From Vicugna vicugna (Eukaryota): 60,000 nt of DNA. Below the pieces are notes generated by a model. The model was not told the origin of the DNA. It did no database searches and saw only the letters and a program-made list of their open reading frames with translations. The stretch is taken from the NCBI GenBank assembly GCA_013265495.1, contig MU057989.1, positions 1,505,513-1,565,512 of the forward strand, read 5' to 3'. Made by a program: the position numbers and the translations under genes. This document shows, piece after piece, positions 26,201 through 37,925 of the stretch (its first letter is position 1; every line of letters starts with the position of its first letter).

Positions 26201-29200
26201 ACAAACTATTACATATAAAATAAATAAGCTATGGGGGGAGGGTATAGCTCCGTGGTAGAGCACATGCCTAGCATGCATGAGGTCCTGAGTTCACTCCTCA
26301 GTACTGCCATTTTAAAAAATAATAAATAAACCTGATTACCTCCCTCCACCAAAAAAATGTTACAAGGATAAATTATGTACAACACAGAGAATACAGCCAA
26401 AATTTTATAATAACTATAAATGGAGTATAACCTTTAAAAATTGTGAATCACTATGTTGTACACCCATAATGTAAAATATTATACATCAATTATACCTCCA
26501 AAAAAATTTTTTTAAGTACAAACTTCCAGTTGAAAGATAAGTAGAAACTAGGATGTAATGTACAACATGATGACTATAGTTAACACTGATGTGTGTCATC
26601 TAGGAAAGTTATTAAGAGTAAATCCAAAGAGTTCTCATCACAAGGAAATAACATAAAGAGTTTTTAAAACTGAAGTACAGTTTGATTTACAATGTATGGT
26701 GTATATCATAGTGATTCAGTTATACATATATATATATATTCTTTTTCATTGTAGGTTACTACAAGCCATTGAATATATAGGAGGACCTTGTTTATTTTAT
26801 ATACAGTAGTGTGTATCTGCAAATCGCCAACTCCCATTTTATCCCTTCCCATCTCCTTTCCCTGGTAACCATAAGATTGTTTTCTGTTCTGTAGATGAGT
26901 TCATAGTGTCCTTTTTTTCCTTTTATTTTTTGGATTCCACATATAAGTGATACATGGTATTATCCTTTCTCTTTCTGGCTTCACTTGGTATGATAATCTC
27001 TAGGTCCACCCATGTTGCTGCAAATGGCATTACTTCATTCTTTTTTGTGGCTGAGCAGTATATATATGCCACATCTTCTTTAGTCAATCATCTGTCAATG
27101 AACACTTAGGTTGCTTCCATATCTCAGCTATTGTAAACAGTGCTGCTGTGAACACTCGGGTGCATGTATGTTTTCAAATTAGTTTTCTCTGGATATATGC
27201 CTGGAGTGGGATTGCTGGATCATATGGTAACTCTGCATTTAGTTTTTTAAGGAATCTCCATGCTGGTTTCCATAAAGGCTGCACCAAATTACATTCCCAC
27301 CAGCAGTGTAGGAGGGTTCCTTTTTCGCCACACCTCCAGCATTTATTGCTTGTGGACTTTTTCATGGCAGCCATTCTAACTGCTGTGAGCTGATACCTCA
27401 TTGTAGTTTTGATTTGCCTTTCTCTGATAATTAGCGGTATTGAGCATTTTTTCATGTGTTTATTGGCCATTTGTATGTCTTCACTGAAGAATTGTTTGCT
27501 TAGGTCTTCTGCCCATTTTTCACTGGGTTGTTTGCTTTTTGTTACCAAGTTATATGAGCTGTTTCTGTATTCTGGAAATTAAGCCCTTGTCAGTCGCATG
27601 GTTTGCAAATATTTTCTCCTAGTCCGTAGGTTATCTTTTCATTTTGTTTATAGTTTCCTTTGCTGTGCAAAGGCTTGTGAGTTTAATTAGGTCCTATTTG
27701 TTTATTTTTGCTTTTATTTCTACTGCTTGGGTCAACTGCCCTAGGAGAACACTGCTACACTTTGTATCAGAGCATGTTTTGCCCATGTTCTCTTCTGGGG
27801 GGTTTATGGTGTCTTGTCTAATGTTTAAGTCTTTAAGCCATTTTGAGTTTATTTTTGTGTATGGTGTGAGGGAGTGTTCTAGCTTCATTTATGTATATGT
27901 GGCTGTCCAGTTTTTCCAACACCACCTGCTGAAGAGACTGTCTTTTCTCTACTGTATATTCTTGCTTCCTTTGTTGAAGATTAAATGACCATAGGTGTGC
28001 AGGTTTCTTTCTGGGCTCTCTATTCTGTTCCATTGATCCATGTGTCTGTTTTTGTGCCAATATCACTCTGTATTCATTGCTGTAGCTCTGTAGTAGTCTC
28101 TGAAGTCTGTATATATAGAGATTTGTATCTGTATGAGACGATGGAGGAAACTCAACTTACTGTGGCAAGCATTTCACAATATACTTAGGTCAAATAATTA
28201 TGCTGTTCACACCAAACTTAAACAGTGATGTATGTCAATCTTATCTCAATAAAACTGGAAAAAAAAAAGATAATTTCTAGTTTCAGTTTGATAGAAGGAC
28301 CCAAAGGTTTCAGCCAGAACAAACAAAACCATCTTTACTGAAGGATTTTAAGTAGTATTTATTTTTAAGCCTGGAAGACTTCAACTTAAGATGATACTAA
28401 AGGGGGGGGGGGCAGTAACACGATTCCTTAGTAAGAAATGAGGGAGAAAACAGAACTGATGACAAGAAGGTCCCTGAGGAAGGAAATATTAGCATTTCTG
28501 TCTATTTATCCTTTAATTTTTTTCTATTTTTCTTCCCATTTTATAAGGTACATCATTTATTACTAGAGAAGAACATGATGAGAATTCATTTTAACTGACA
28601 GGAAAGTGGGACACAGAGGTGTGAGACCATGGACTGGCGCAGCGGGGGCGCACTCCCCGTGAGGAGGCCACAGCACCCACCCTCAGCTCCCTTCTAGGAG
28701 AGTTTCAGCCCACCCTGCCCCAACTGAGCTTGAGGCCTGGTCCCCCTGGGACGAGGCAGATGGGGTGCGCAGGAAGCAGCCATAGCCCCTTCCTCCCCTG
28801 GGAAGAGCATGGGCGTCCGGCCTTATCCAGTTCATCTCACACATGGAGCCTGGCTCTGGGGCCGGGTCAGGGGCCCACTCCACCCCTCTGGCTCCCTGGG
28901 GTCCACCCACGACTGAGCACAGGAAATCTGCAGGGAATGAGGAGCACCCACACTGGGCTAGCCAGGCGGCCTCCCAGAACTGAACACCTTAGCCCATTAG
29001 CCACACGCTCCAAGCCGTGCCTGTCGGCCCCTCAGCCTGAAAGCGACCCCCTAGAACTGACCAACACCTCCACTCCTGATGAGTGTGCTGGAGTAAGGGC
29101 TCACTGTTGATTCCCTGAGTTTGATACTGTATGTGATGATGAAAGAGGAAATCCTTGTTTTAAGAAATATATACTAAAGTATTTAGGGGGAAAAGGGCAT

Positions 29201-32200
29201 TATGTCAGCAACTCACTTTCAAATGGTTCTAAAAACATAATATGTATATAAGTAGAAACTAAGAAAGAAAATGAAGTGTAATGCTAACATCTGGGAAATC
29301 TAGTGAAGGTACACACATTCTTTATACTATTTTGTAACATTTAAGTCTGAACTTATTTCAAAATTTTAAATTCAGAAAATTTTCCAAAAGAAATCCAGTA
29401 TGATTTGTTTTCCCTCCATACAAGGCGCCCACACACCATCTCAGACCGCTCGGGGAGTAAAGGCACCAAATGAGGACGTAACCTGTATGGGAGACCAATG
29501 CTGTGAAGGCTCTGATTTTCTAATACTCTAGTAGTTTTTAAAAGGAGAGTGTAACTGTCCTTCTGATGTCCAGTTCTACCTAGAGGTTATGCTTTCACAG
29601 TCTAGGCTCCTATCCATCGACCTTTACCTTGTGCCATGTCTCAAGGAGGCCGAGTATGTGTGAGTGAAATTACTTTCAAAGAAAATTATTTTCAGAAAAG
29701 GAAGTCCAGATGGCCAATAAATACATGAAAAGATGCTCAACCTCACCAGAAATCAGGGGAAGGTAAAAATCAACAGGAGACCACTCATCTGACACCACGT
29801 TCCAGGGATTCGGAGAGTACAGGAAATGAGTGCTATGTAAAATACCATCAGAAGAGTATGAGCTGGGACACCTATGGAGGAGAGCAAGGTGTACACTCTC
29901 ATGAAGATGCACCCACCCTACACACCCACAATTCTGTGCTGAAGAACACAACCTGACCTCCTGAAGAAATGCCCTGGAGGACAGATAAAAAATGCCAATT
30001 GCAGCACTGTTAGGAATGGTAAAATGGAAACAACTCAAGTGTCTGCTGAAAGAAAAATGGAAAATATACTGTATTCCTACATTCAATAAATACAGAGCTG
30101 ATAAATGAGTGAACTCATCTATAGGTACTGCACTTTACTGAATGACATGTACAGTCATTATATAAATATATCACTTATGTAAATCTTGAAGATATATAAA
30201 ACAAGTCTATGTATTGTTTAAGGACACACAGCATGCGATGAAAGTATAAAGTGAGGATAAATCTTAGCAAGTTTCTCCTAGGGCAGTCTACCCAGGCAAT
30301 AGAAATAAGAACAAAAATAAACAAATGGAACCTAGTTAAACTCATAAGCTTTTGCACACCAAAGGAAACCATAAGCAAAACAAAATGACAACCTATGGAA
30401 TGGAGAAAATATTTGCAAATGATGCGACTGACAAAGGCTTGATTTCCAGAATATATAAACAGCTCATACAACTTAATAACAACCCAATCAAAAAATAGGC
30501 AGAAGACCTAAACAAGCAATTCTCTAATGAAGACATACAAATGGCCAACAGGCAAATGAAAAAATGCTCAATATCACTAATTATCAGAGAAATGCAAATC
30601 AAAACTAGAATGAAGTATCACCTCACACCAGTCAGAATGGCCAACATTCAGAAGTCCATTAATGATAAATGCTGGAGACGGTGTGAAGCAAAGGGAACCC
30701 TCCTACACTGCTGGTGGAAATGTAGTTCGGTGCAGCCATTCTGGAAAATAGCATGGAGATTCCTCAAAAAATTAAAAATAGACTTACCATATGATCCAGT
30801 AACCACACTCCTGGGCATATATCCAGAGGGAACTCTAATTTGAAAAGATACATGCACCCCAATGTTCACAGCAGCACTATTTACAATAGCCAAGATATGG
30901 AAGCAACTTAAATGTCCACTGACAGATGACTGGATAAAGAAGTTGTGGTATAGTTATACAATGGAATACTACTCAGCCATAAAAAAAGAATACAATAATG
31001 CCATTTGCAGCATGGATGGACCCAGAGATTGTCATTCTAAGTGAAGTAAGCCAGAAAGAGAAAGAATAATACCATATGAGATCACTCATATGTGGAATTA
31101 AAAATAAATAAATAAAAGGAAAAAAAGGACACTATGAACTCACCTACAGAACAGAAACAGAATTGCAAATATAGCAAACAATTTTATGGTTACCAGGGAA
31201 AGGAGGTGGGAAGGGATAAACTTGGTAGCTTGAGATTTACAAATGTTAGTCACTGTATATAAAAATAGATCTAAAAAAAAGTTTCTTCTGTATAGCACAG
31301 GGAACTATGTTCAATATCTTGTAATAAGCTTTAATGAAAAAGAATATGAAAATGAATATATGTATGTATGTGCATGACTGGGACATTGAGCTGTACATCA
31401 GAAATTGACACATTGTAACTGACTATATTTCAATTGGAAAAAAAAAAAAAGAAAGTAAAAAGTCAGGGACAGGAAAGGTACGGACCAGCATCTGGATAGT
31501 GGTTACCTCTGGATTCATGTGGGTTACTTGTACTAGCATTATCTTCTGTACTATTTCAGGAATTACAGTACTTCATAATTTAAGAGTCATAATTCTATTG
31601 CCGTGGACAAAGTTCAAGTTGGTACAAGTTGCTCTTTGTTTTTTGTGGGGGGAGTTATTTTTGGCTTGCAAACAACAGAAATTTATTTCTCAGAGTTCTG
31701 GAGGCTAGAAGTCTGAGATAAGGGTGCCAGCGTGGTCAGGTTCTGGTGAGAACCATCTTTCAGGCTGCAGACAACCGATTTCTCATTGTGTCTTCATATG
31801 GTGGACAGAGGGCAAGAGAGCTCTCTGGGGTCCCTTTTAGAAGAGCACTAATCCCTTTTATAAGGACCCTCCAACTTACTCTTTGGATGGCAATTTGGCA
31901 ACATCCATGTTAAAGCTATATTTAGGCTACATCCAAAATTCCCACCTTTAGTACCGAACTGTATAGACATGGCCACACTTGTGTGGAGATGTTTGTGCAC
32001 AGATACTCCGCACAGCACCGTGCATGATAGCAAACATGACCTGAGTCTATCTGCAGACCACTATGAAACAAACTGACTCATCCCTACAAGGGAACTGACT
32101 GGATTAACTATGGCATGGACTATACATGGAATACCGTACAAGGGTAAGATGTCTAGGGCATATTAAGTGATTTCTCAGAAGCTGCAGGGCAAATACACAG

Positions 32201-35200
32201 TAGAACCCCACTCTGCTCAAAACAAAACGCCATGTGTTTGCAGGTATATACAGAAATACTTTCTAAGCAGAAAACCCCCCTGAGTGTCTCTTTATCAACC
32301 AAGGGGGCATGTTTGGGAGGAACAGGGGTGGCTGGGGAAGGAAGGAAGAGCTCTGCCTTCTTATTCTACATACATTTTTTTAAGCGATGGATGATGAGTG
32401 CTATTTACTTTTTAAAAATATTTTTCCATACCTTTCAAATAATTGTATTTTCAAAATTCAAAAAAAAATTTTTCAAAAAGGAATAGATATCTATATTTAC
32501 TCACCTCTGTATCCCTAATGCCTAAGCACCATTCACTACTTGGCATCAATAGATACTCAAGGAAATATACTGAATAAATGGATGAAGAGCAGTTATTTCC
32601 ATGCAGGAGCAAATTCTGTTATAGTTTATACTTCAGTGATACGATTCCTCACTTGATTTGACTAAATTATAAGGTAATAAACAGGGTCACTTACATGATT
32701 CAGAAAATACTGCACAATTATCTCATGTCCAGCAGCAGCTGCTTCCATCAAAGGGGTAAATCCATTTATCGGCTCCCTGCAAGATCGAGACTACAGTCAT
32801 ATCGGTGGCAGAGAGTTCTTCCAGGCAGAAGTAATCTGTCTCCCATCCTTGCTCCTTCTAAACTGTCTCCACCTGCTACCGCCTGAATCTCCACTTAATC
32901 ACAAGCAAAAAGCAGCTGTCACCCTTCCTGGCTCACAGACAGCTAGTGCCTCCTATCCACCTATCCAGAGTTCAACACCCTCCAGGAACTCTCCCCAAGG
33001 CTCCAGGGCTGACAAGCCACCCTGCCCTTACTACACCTAGTGTCTGAGGCTTGTTTTTTGTGCTTGGTTACAGTTAACTCAGCCCTGTCTTCAGAGTGCC
33101 TCCCAGTCTTCACTTGCTTCAGATCCAGAAGACAAGAATCAAGCTAACTACTGTTTTTATCTGTTCTAAGACCCACAGTTTTCACATTTTGGCATCACTG
33201 AAGTCAGAACGTCAAAAAACGAGTAGCACTTTAATCAGCAGCATTTTTTTCTTTCTTAGGGGCACATGGCCCTACAGTGTGGTACAACAGATGACACCAG
33301 CTAGGGCAGTGGCAGGTGGATGCTGTGTTGGTACGTGCTTTGTTTGCTGAAAGAGGATTATTCATCAAGACATGCTTTAGACAAAAATGCTATTTCCAGC
33401 TTATAAAACTCGTGACCGTTTTCAAAGCATCGCCTCATCTGAGACACACAGAAGGCAAGAAAGAGAAAGGATTTAGCACTTAACGCATGTCAATTCAGTG
33501 TCACTTGCTAAGTCAGGCCCCTGGCACACAACAGGATGTGTGATCCTTCTGACAGATCTCTGACACAGGTACTTATGTCCTGTTTTCAGATAAAGAAATG
33601 AGGCACAGAGAGCTTCATGGACTGCACAGAGTATCACCTGACAGGTGCATGGAAAAGCCAGGATGATCTCTGTGCCTCCACGTCTGGGTGGGACTGTCCC
33701 CTCCACCCCTTTGTCCTGATCTGTCAAACCGAGGTAGGGGCACCCTGCACTCTGGCCTTAGCTGCCTTGTCAGTTGCCCTCCTCAGAGTCAGACGTGATT
33801 GCCCCCCTCCTCAGGCCACTTAAGACCCGGTAATCACCTCACGTTGGCGTTCGCTCCACTGTCCAAAAGGAACTTGACCATCTGCTGGTGCCCGGCGCTG
33901 GTGCAGTGGAAGAGGGCCGTCCAGCCCTGAATGTCCTTCATTTCTAGCTCAGCACCTTGCTTCAAGAGAACACAGAATGCTCGTTATGGCAGTGTCTCCT
34001 CTGGGTGGGGCGGGCGCCCTCCAGGCTGTCACGCTGGAAGAATGGAAGTGATTATATGCGCACACGCATGCTCACACTGTGGCCTGCAGTGGTTCACGTC
34101 TCTGCAGAGCGGCCGGGGGCCCTCGGGTTTCTGGCCTGAGCCTCTTGTAGCTCACCTGGAGGAGGAAATAGGCGATGCTCTCGTTGCCACAGCTGGAAGC
34201 CAGCATCAGCGGAGTCTGCCCTTCCGGGGTCGGCACATTCACACTCACCCCTGCCTCGAGCAGCAGGTGCACGATGGTATCGTGTCCAATGTAGGAGGCA
34301 TACATCAGCGGGGTCCAGCCACCACCATTCTTCTTATTCAAATCTAACTCTCTCCTAAACAAACGCAAGACATGCTAGACCTGCCAGCCATCTCACATGG
34401 GAGGTGTACCCAAGCCGGTGGCGAGGCCAGGCCGGGAGAAAGAGCTGGAAGGGCAGACAGGAAGCAGCACCCGCCAGCCCAGGTGTCACGGGGGAGAGGA
34501 GATGGCTATATTTGCTGTGCAACTGCCTCTGCAAACACCTTTGAGTGTGTCTGCCTCCTCTGACTGCTGGTTCCCATCTGTGCCCTCCTCCTATCCCAAG
34601 GCTGCAATTCTCTTCTTTCTTCCCACCAGCTACATAGATAGTTCCCAGCCAAGGGCGATTTTGCCCTCCAGGGGACAGTTGGCAGGGCCTGGAGACATTT
34701 TTGGTTGTCACAACTGGGAAGGAAAAGTGACTGGCATCTAGTGGGTGGAGGCCAGGGATGGGCTCAACGCCCTACAGTGCACAGGATGGTCCCACAACAC
34801 AGAATGACCTGGCTCGGGCTGTCAGGAGTGCTCACACCCTACAGTGCACAGGACGGCCCCACAACACAGAATGACCTGGCTCGGGCTGTCAGGAGTGCTG
34901 ACAGCCCACAGTACACAGGACAGCCTCACAACACAGAATGACCTGGCTCGGGCTGTCAGGAGTGCTCACACCCTACAGTGCACAGGACGGCCCCACAACA
35001 CAGAATGACCTGGCTCAGGCTGTCAGGAGTGCTGAGGCTAAGAAACGCTGACCTGGAGCCTTGACCACCTTCCACCAACAGACCAGAGTCTGTGAGTCTA
35101 GTGCAAAGGGGAGAGGAAAGAGAAGGGACTCAGATAACGGACAAGTCCCACTGAAAATGATTTCTCCTTTGCCCTCCACCATACAGAAACATTCTTGGAA

Positions 35201-36905
35201 AATCCGTGACCAAAAAATCCTACCTTCCTCACTGATTTCCATTACAATTCAGGAAAAAAAAAATGTGGGTTCCCCAACTAAGAGTCTGGGATCAGGGTAC
35301 AGAAATAGCAACCCTCTCCAGAAGCATCCTACCTGGTTCAGGCCCCAGCCTTTCCTCTTCCACAGTCCTAGCCTCCAGCGGAGTTACCAAGTGACAACTG
35401 ACCCCCACAGTTCAGGCCTGTTCCAGGTACGCACACTAAGCAACATTAGACATTTATTTTCCATCTGCTAGCATGTTCTACACTGCTGTTGGCACTGGCC
35501 CACACAACCATTCTACAGGGCCTGACTCCACGCTGCAGGGGCTGCCACTGGCTGGGAGAGCCGCATGGAGACCAGTTCATCCTCACTGCACCAACTCCAC
35601 TGGTGGGACACAATTCCATGTGAACACAGAGAAGCCCACCCCTTGGCAGAGCACCTCTGGGGCTCTTACATGCCCCCTTCAGCCGAATCCTCCCTTCTGA
35701 TGTGTCCAGCCCCTCCCCGGGTCCCAAGTGTGTGCTCACTGTGCACCAGCGTCCACTACCACAATCAGAACACAAATGCTGCCCCTCACCTTTGCAGAGC
35801 CATTCTGGACTGTGGGTTTTACTACACACCCAAAGGCTTAACTGCCTGAGAATGCCAAAGGAGCAGGGCTACAGGTGGTGACCCTGTCAGGGGTATGGGC
35901 TGCCTGCACATCCACTTGGTACAGGGGTACCAAGTGCACCTCTACTCAACTGGCCAGATATTTGTAAGTGATGGCTATGACCTAGGAACCAGAAACGGGG
36001 CTTCTACGAGGCTGTGTTTTGGCTCCCCAGAATGGAACTAGAAAAGGCCCAGGTAGGTATGAACGTAGGTTGTTTCTCCAAGTTACTAATGAGATGGTGA
36101 CAGTGAGCACAAAGTGTAGTGGACAAAAGTGGGTGGAGATGAGAAGGCTGATCCCTTTTCAAAAATTACACTGAGCATCAAAAGTGTACTCTGAATAAGA
36201 AGGAGCTAAGGGCCACTGCCGAGGGCCACTGCCATTGTAGCAGGACATAGCATGCACATAAGAGCTGTAAAAACGGCTTATGGGTGGTTAGTGCAGTCCT
36301 CCAGGGGAGAGAAACCTCACCTCCTCCTCCACGGCAAAAGTCAGAGGGGAGAGGAGGTGTGAGGGATTAAAATGACCCCTCTGGGAAAAGAAGGCTGGAG
36401 GGCATTGCTTTCCATCTTTATTTTTGTTTTGTTTCTCTGAGCATTTCTGTATTTAGGGAAAACCATAAAACTACCCTGGTTAAAGTTAAGCCTGAAATGA
36501 AGTTTCTAGCCTAAATGAAAAAAAGTTTAAGGCATCTTTTTCTTCCTAGGAATCAAAACAGCCTTCCTCATTGGCGTCTGGCATAAATTGTCATTGACAA
36601 CTGGCCAAGAGGGGCAGCCATTATTCTATCCACGTGTTAAGAGGCCCCGCTGGCTCTGACTGGTGGCTCTACCTGGGATCTGAACCACGGGGCTCAAAAC
36701 TCCAAGGAGGAGGAACGTTTGCCGAGATCTCTTACCGCTGCACGCATTCCTTCACCACCTCATACTGGCCGATGGAAGCCGCCGTGTGAAGATCCAGAGG
36801 GACGGCCAGCTCCTCCCGGCTGACCTGCGCCCCCCGCCCGTGCCACATGGACAGGCTGTGGTTCAGGAGCTCTGGTTCGCTGGCTTCGTCGCTGAGCTCC
36901 GACAT
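14207..36905 (-). CDS. ANKS3: Ankyrin repeat and SAM domain-containing protein 3; 15 coding exons, 1974 nt, 657 aa
   Basis: [15 protein letters not shown]...; ankyrin repeats ([36 protein letters not shown]); SAM domain ([31 protein letters not shown]...LFGPKRKM); coiled-coil tail; all phases close. Confidence 0.97.
14450..14533 (-). CDS. ANKS3: ANKS3 coding exon 14
   Basis: [28 protein letters not shown]; 84 nt. Confidence 0.94.
14978..15063 (-). CDS. ANKS3: ANKS3 coding exon 13
   Basis: [28 protein letters not shown]; 86 nt. Confidence 0.92.
15362..15534 (-). CDS. ANKS3: ANKS3 coding exon 12
   Basis: [30 protein letters not shown]...LDQL; 173 nt. Confidence 0.95.
15972..16113 (-). CDS. 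ANKS3: ANKS3 coding exon 11
   Basis: [18 protein letters not shown]...ELAIQLHK; 142 nt. Confidence 0.96.
16584..16708 (-). CDS. ANKS3: ANKS3 coding exon 10 (SAM)
   Basis: [41 protein letters not shown]; 125 nt. Confidence 0.96.
16850..17450 (-). mobile_element. Old L1 fragment (ORF1 region)
   Basis: Translation [22 protein letters not shown] resembles the L1 ORF1p coiled coil; decayed; boundaries approximate. Confidence 0.7.
18021..18188 (-). CDS. ANKS3: ANKS3 coding exon 9
   Basis: [21 protein letters not shown]...PYSGPQ; 168 nt; gtaaga donor. Confidence 0.92.
18527..18636 (-). CDS. ANKS3: ANKS3 coding exon 8
   Basis: [10 protein letters not shown]...ASLESNE; 110 nt. Confidence 0.94.
19140..19277 (-). 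CDS. ANKS3: ANKS3 coding exon 7
   Basis: [21 protein letters not shown]...VESSSSSSR; 138 nt. Confidence 0.94.
21076..21234 (-). CDS. ANKS3: ANKS3 coding exon 6
   Basis: [26 protein letters not shown]...QQPRY; 159 nt. Confidence 0.94.
21635..21777 (-). mobile_element. tRNA-derived SINE (Vic-1-like)
   Basis: Reverse complement of ...GCTCAGTGGTAGAG...TTAGCATGCATGAGGTCCTGGGTTCAATCCCCAGTACCTCC; AACTTCTT direct repeat on both flanks. Confidence 0.85.
22570..24115 (+). mobile_element. Old decayed L1 ORF2 fragment
   Basis: L1 motifs GGATTCACAGG, CAAGTGGGATTTAT, AAAGCCTTTGACAAAATTCAACAC, TGGAACAGAATAG. Confidence 0.8.
24376..24511 (-). CDS. ANKS3: ANKS3 coding exon 5
   Basis: [45 protein letters not shown]; 136 nt. 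Confidence 0.95.
25394..25822 (-). mobile_element. L1 3' end fragment
   Basis: CAGTTCCCTGTGCTAT, CATCCATGTTGC.CAAATGGCA, GGCTGAGTAGTATTCCATTG are typical L1 3' sequence in reverse. Confidence 0.85.
26233..26357 (+). mobile_element. tRNA-derived SINE (Vic-1-like) inside an L1 3' end
   Basis: GGGGAGGGTATAGCTCCGTGGTAGAGCACATGCCTAGCATGCATGAGGTCCTGAGTTCA; A-rich tail. Confidence 0.88.
26665..28108 (-). mobile_element. 5'-truncated L1 (ORF2 C-terminus plus 3' UTR)
   Basis: Peptides [47 protein letters not shown]; frameshifted. Confidence 0.95.
29690..30240 (+). mobile_element. Ancient L1 3' fragment (L1M-type)
   Basis: CAGATGGCCAATAAATACATGAAAAGATGCTCAACCTCAC; highly diverged. Confidence 0.7.
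30257..31450 (+). mobile_element. 5'-truncated L1 with poly(A) tail and target-site duplication
   Basis: Peptides [43 protein letters not shown]; poly(A) at about 31438-31450. Confidence 0.95.
31650..31870 (-). mobile_element. MaLR LTR remnant (MLT1-like)
   Basis: AAACAACAGAAATTTATTTCTCA.AGTTCTGGAGGCTAGAAGTC.GAGAT.AGGGTGCCAGC. Confidence 0.8.
32695..32776 (-). CDS. ANKS3: ANKS3 coding exon 4 (ankyrin)
   Basis: [27 protein letters not shown]; 82 nt; gtaagt donor. Confidence 0.95.
33838..33959 (-). CDS. ANKS3: ANKS3 coding exon 3 (ankyrin)
   Basis: [40 protein letters not shown]; 122 nt. Confidence 0.95.
34156..34354 (-). CDS. ANKS3: ANKS3 coding exon 2 (ankyrin)
   Basis: [24 protein letters not shown]...FLLQ; 199 nt. 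Confidence 0.96.
34640..35050 (+). mobile_element. MER20-like hAT DNA transposon with internal tandem expansion
   Basis: GGGCGATTTTGCCC..CAGGGGACA.TTGGCA...CTGGAGACATTTTTGGTTGTCACAACTGGG...CTGGCATCTAGTGGGTGGAGGCCAGGGATG; ends GAGAAACGCTG-like. Confidence 0.85.
34771..35035. repeat. Minisatellite, about 67-bp unit, about 4 copies
   Basis: CCTACAGTGCACAGGACGGCCCCACAACACAGAATGACCTGGCTCGGGCTGTCAGGAGTGCT starts at about 34771, 34838, 34906 and 34972. Confidence 0.95.
36736..36905 (-). CDS. ANKS3: ANKS3 coding exon 1
   Basis: ATG at 36905, 2 nt after acceptor ccacag|CG; donor CG|gtaag; 170 nt. Confidence 0.95.
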
Positions 36906-37529
36906 CGCTGTGGAGGGAGGCGCAGGGGTTGGGTAGGTCTCTCCTTCCTGGCTGTCCAGGGAGTGAAACAGGATGGTCACACTCCTGACTGTAGCGGGCA
37001 GCTACGTCACTGCCCTAGTGGGGCTGCCCAATGTAGCCAACTCCTGGGGCTGATGAGACTGCTTCCTTTCGTTAGATACTTTACGGTTGGGGCAGCTCCA
37101 TCATGCTAAAACAGGTGAGCTTGTCACTAGGCAGAAAAAGAGGAACGCATATCATGAGTCATAAACTGTGGCGTATAGTTTCCTTCATCAATCCCCAGGA
37201 CCGGTGTTCTAGAAAGGGAATCCTCCGGGAACTCAAGGAGCCTCACAACCTCTTGGATGGGCAGTAAAGAAAAGGTAATTGGGTCAGTGGACTAAATCAG
37301 CTCTTAGGTGTGGTGGGAAAGAATCCTGGATTTGGAATTAGATCAAAATTTAGCATCTCCAACCTAGGTCCTCACTGTCTAATGGGGACATAGTATCTCA
37401 AAGGGCTACTATTAAAAACATGGGAGATAATAACCTATAATGTAAATATATATATATATATATGTACACGAGAGACTAACACAACATTGTATATCAACTA
37501 TACTTCAATAAAAACATTTTTAATTAAAA

Positions 37530-37925
37530 AAAATGGAAGAATGGATAAACAAACAGTGGCACATTCATACAAGGGAATGCTACTCAGCCATGAGCAGAAG
37601 GAATGAACAGCTGATACACACAACACATGAATGAATTTCAAACGCACTGTGCGAAGTGGAAGAAGCCAGACTCAAATGCTGCCTTCTGTATGATTCCATT
37701 TATAGGACTTTCTAGAAAAGATAGAACTAAAGGGTGGAGGACAGATCAGTGATAGTAGGGGCTCAGGGTGGGGGAACCACAATGGTATAAGAGGCAGTTT
37801 GGGGGTGATGGACTTGTTCTGTATCTCATTTGGTGGATACATGACTCTACCTATTCATCAAAATTCATAGACCTGAACATCAAAATGAGTTACTTCTATT
37901 GTACATAAATTTTAAAAACAAATTT
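37530..37925 (+). mobile_element. Old L1M 3' fragment
   Basis: GAATGGATAAACAAA..GTGG, AAGAAGCCAGAC.CAAA, TATGATTCCATTTATA. Confidence 0.75.

Noticed and set aside
26233..26310. tRNA gene
   Set aside because: Has A/B-box-like head but continues into a SINE body and A-rich tail and recurs as diverged copies
27148..31044. ORFs with CWWEC-type motifs as novel genes
   Set aside because: Frameshifted L1 ORF2 C-terminal fragments and their antisense frames
34771..35035. CRISPR-like repeat array
   Set aside because: Head-to-tail units with no unique spacers, inside a MER20 in a mammalian intron; no cas genes
36906..36980. N-terminal extension of ANKS3 in ORF 36732-36980
   Set aside because: A pyrimidine tract and acceptor sit 2 nt before the ATG, so the extension is intronic
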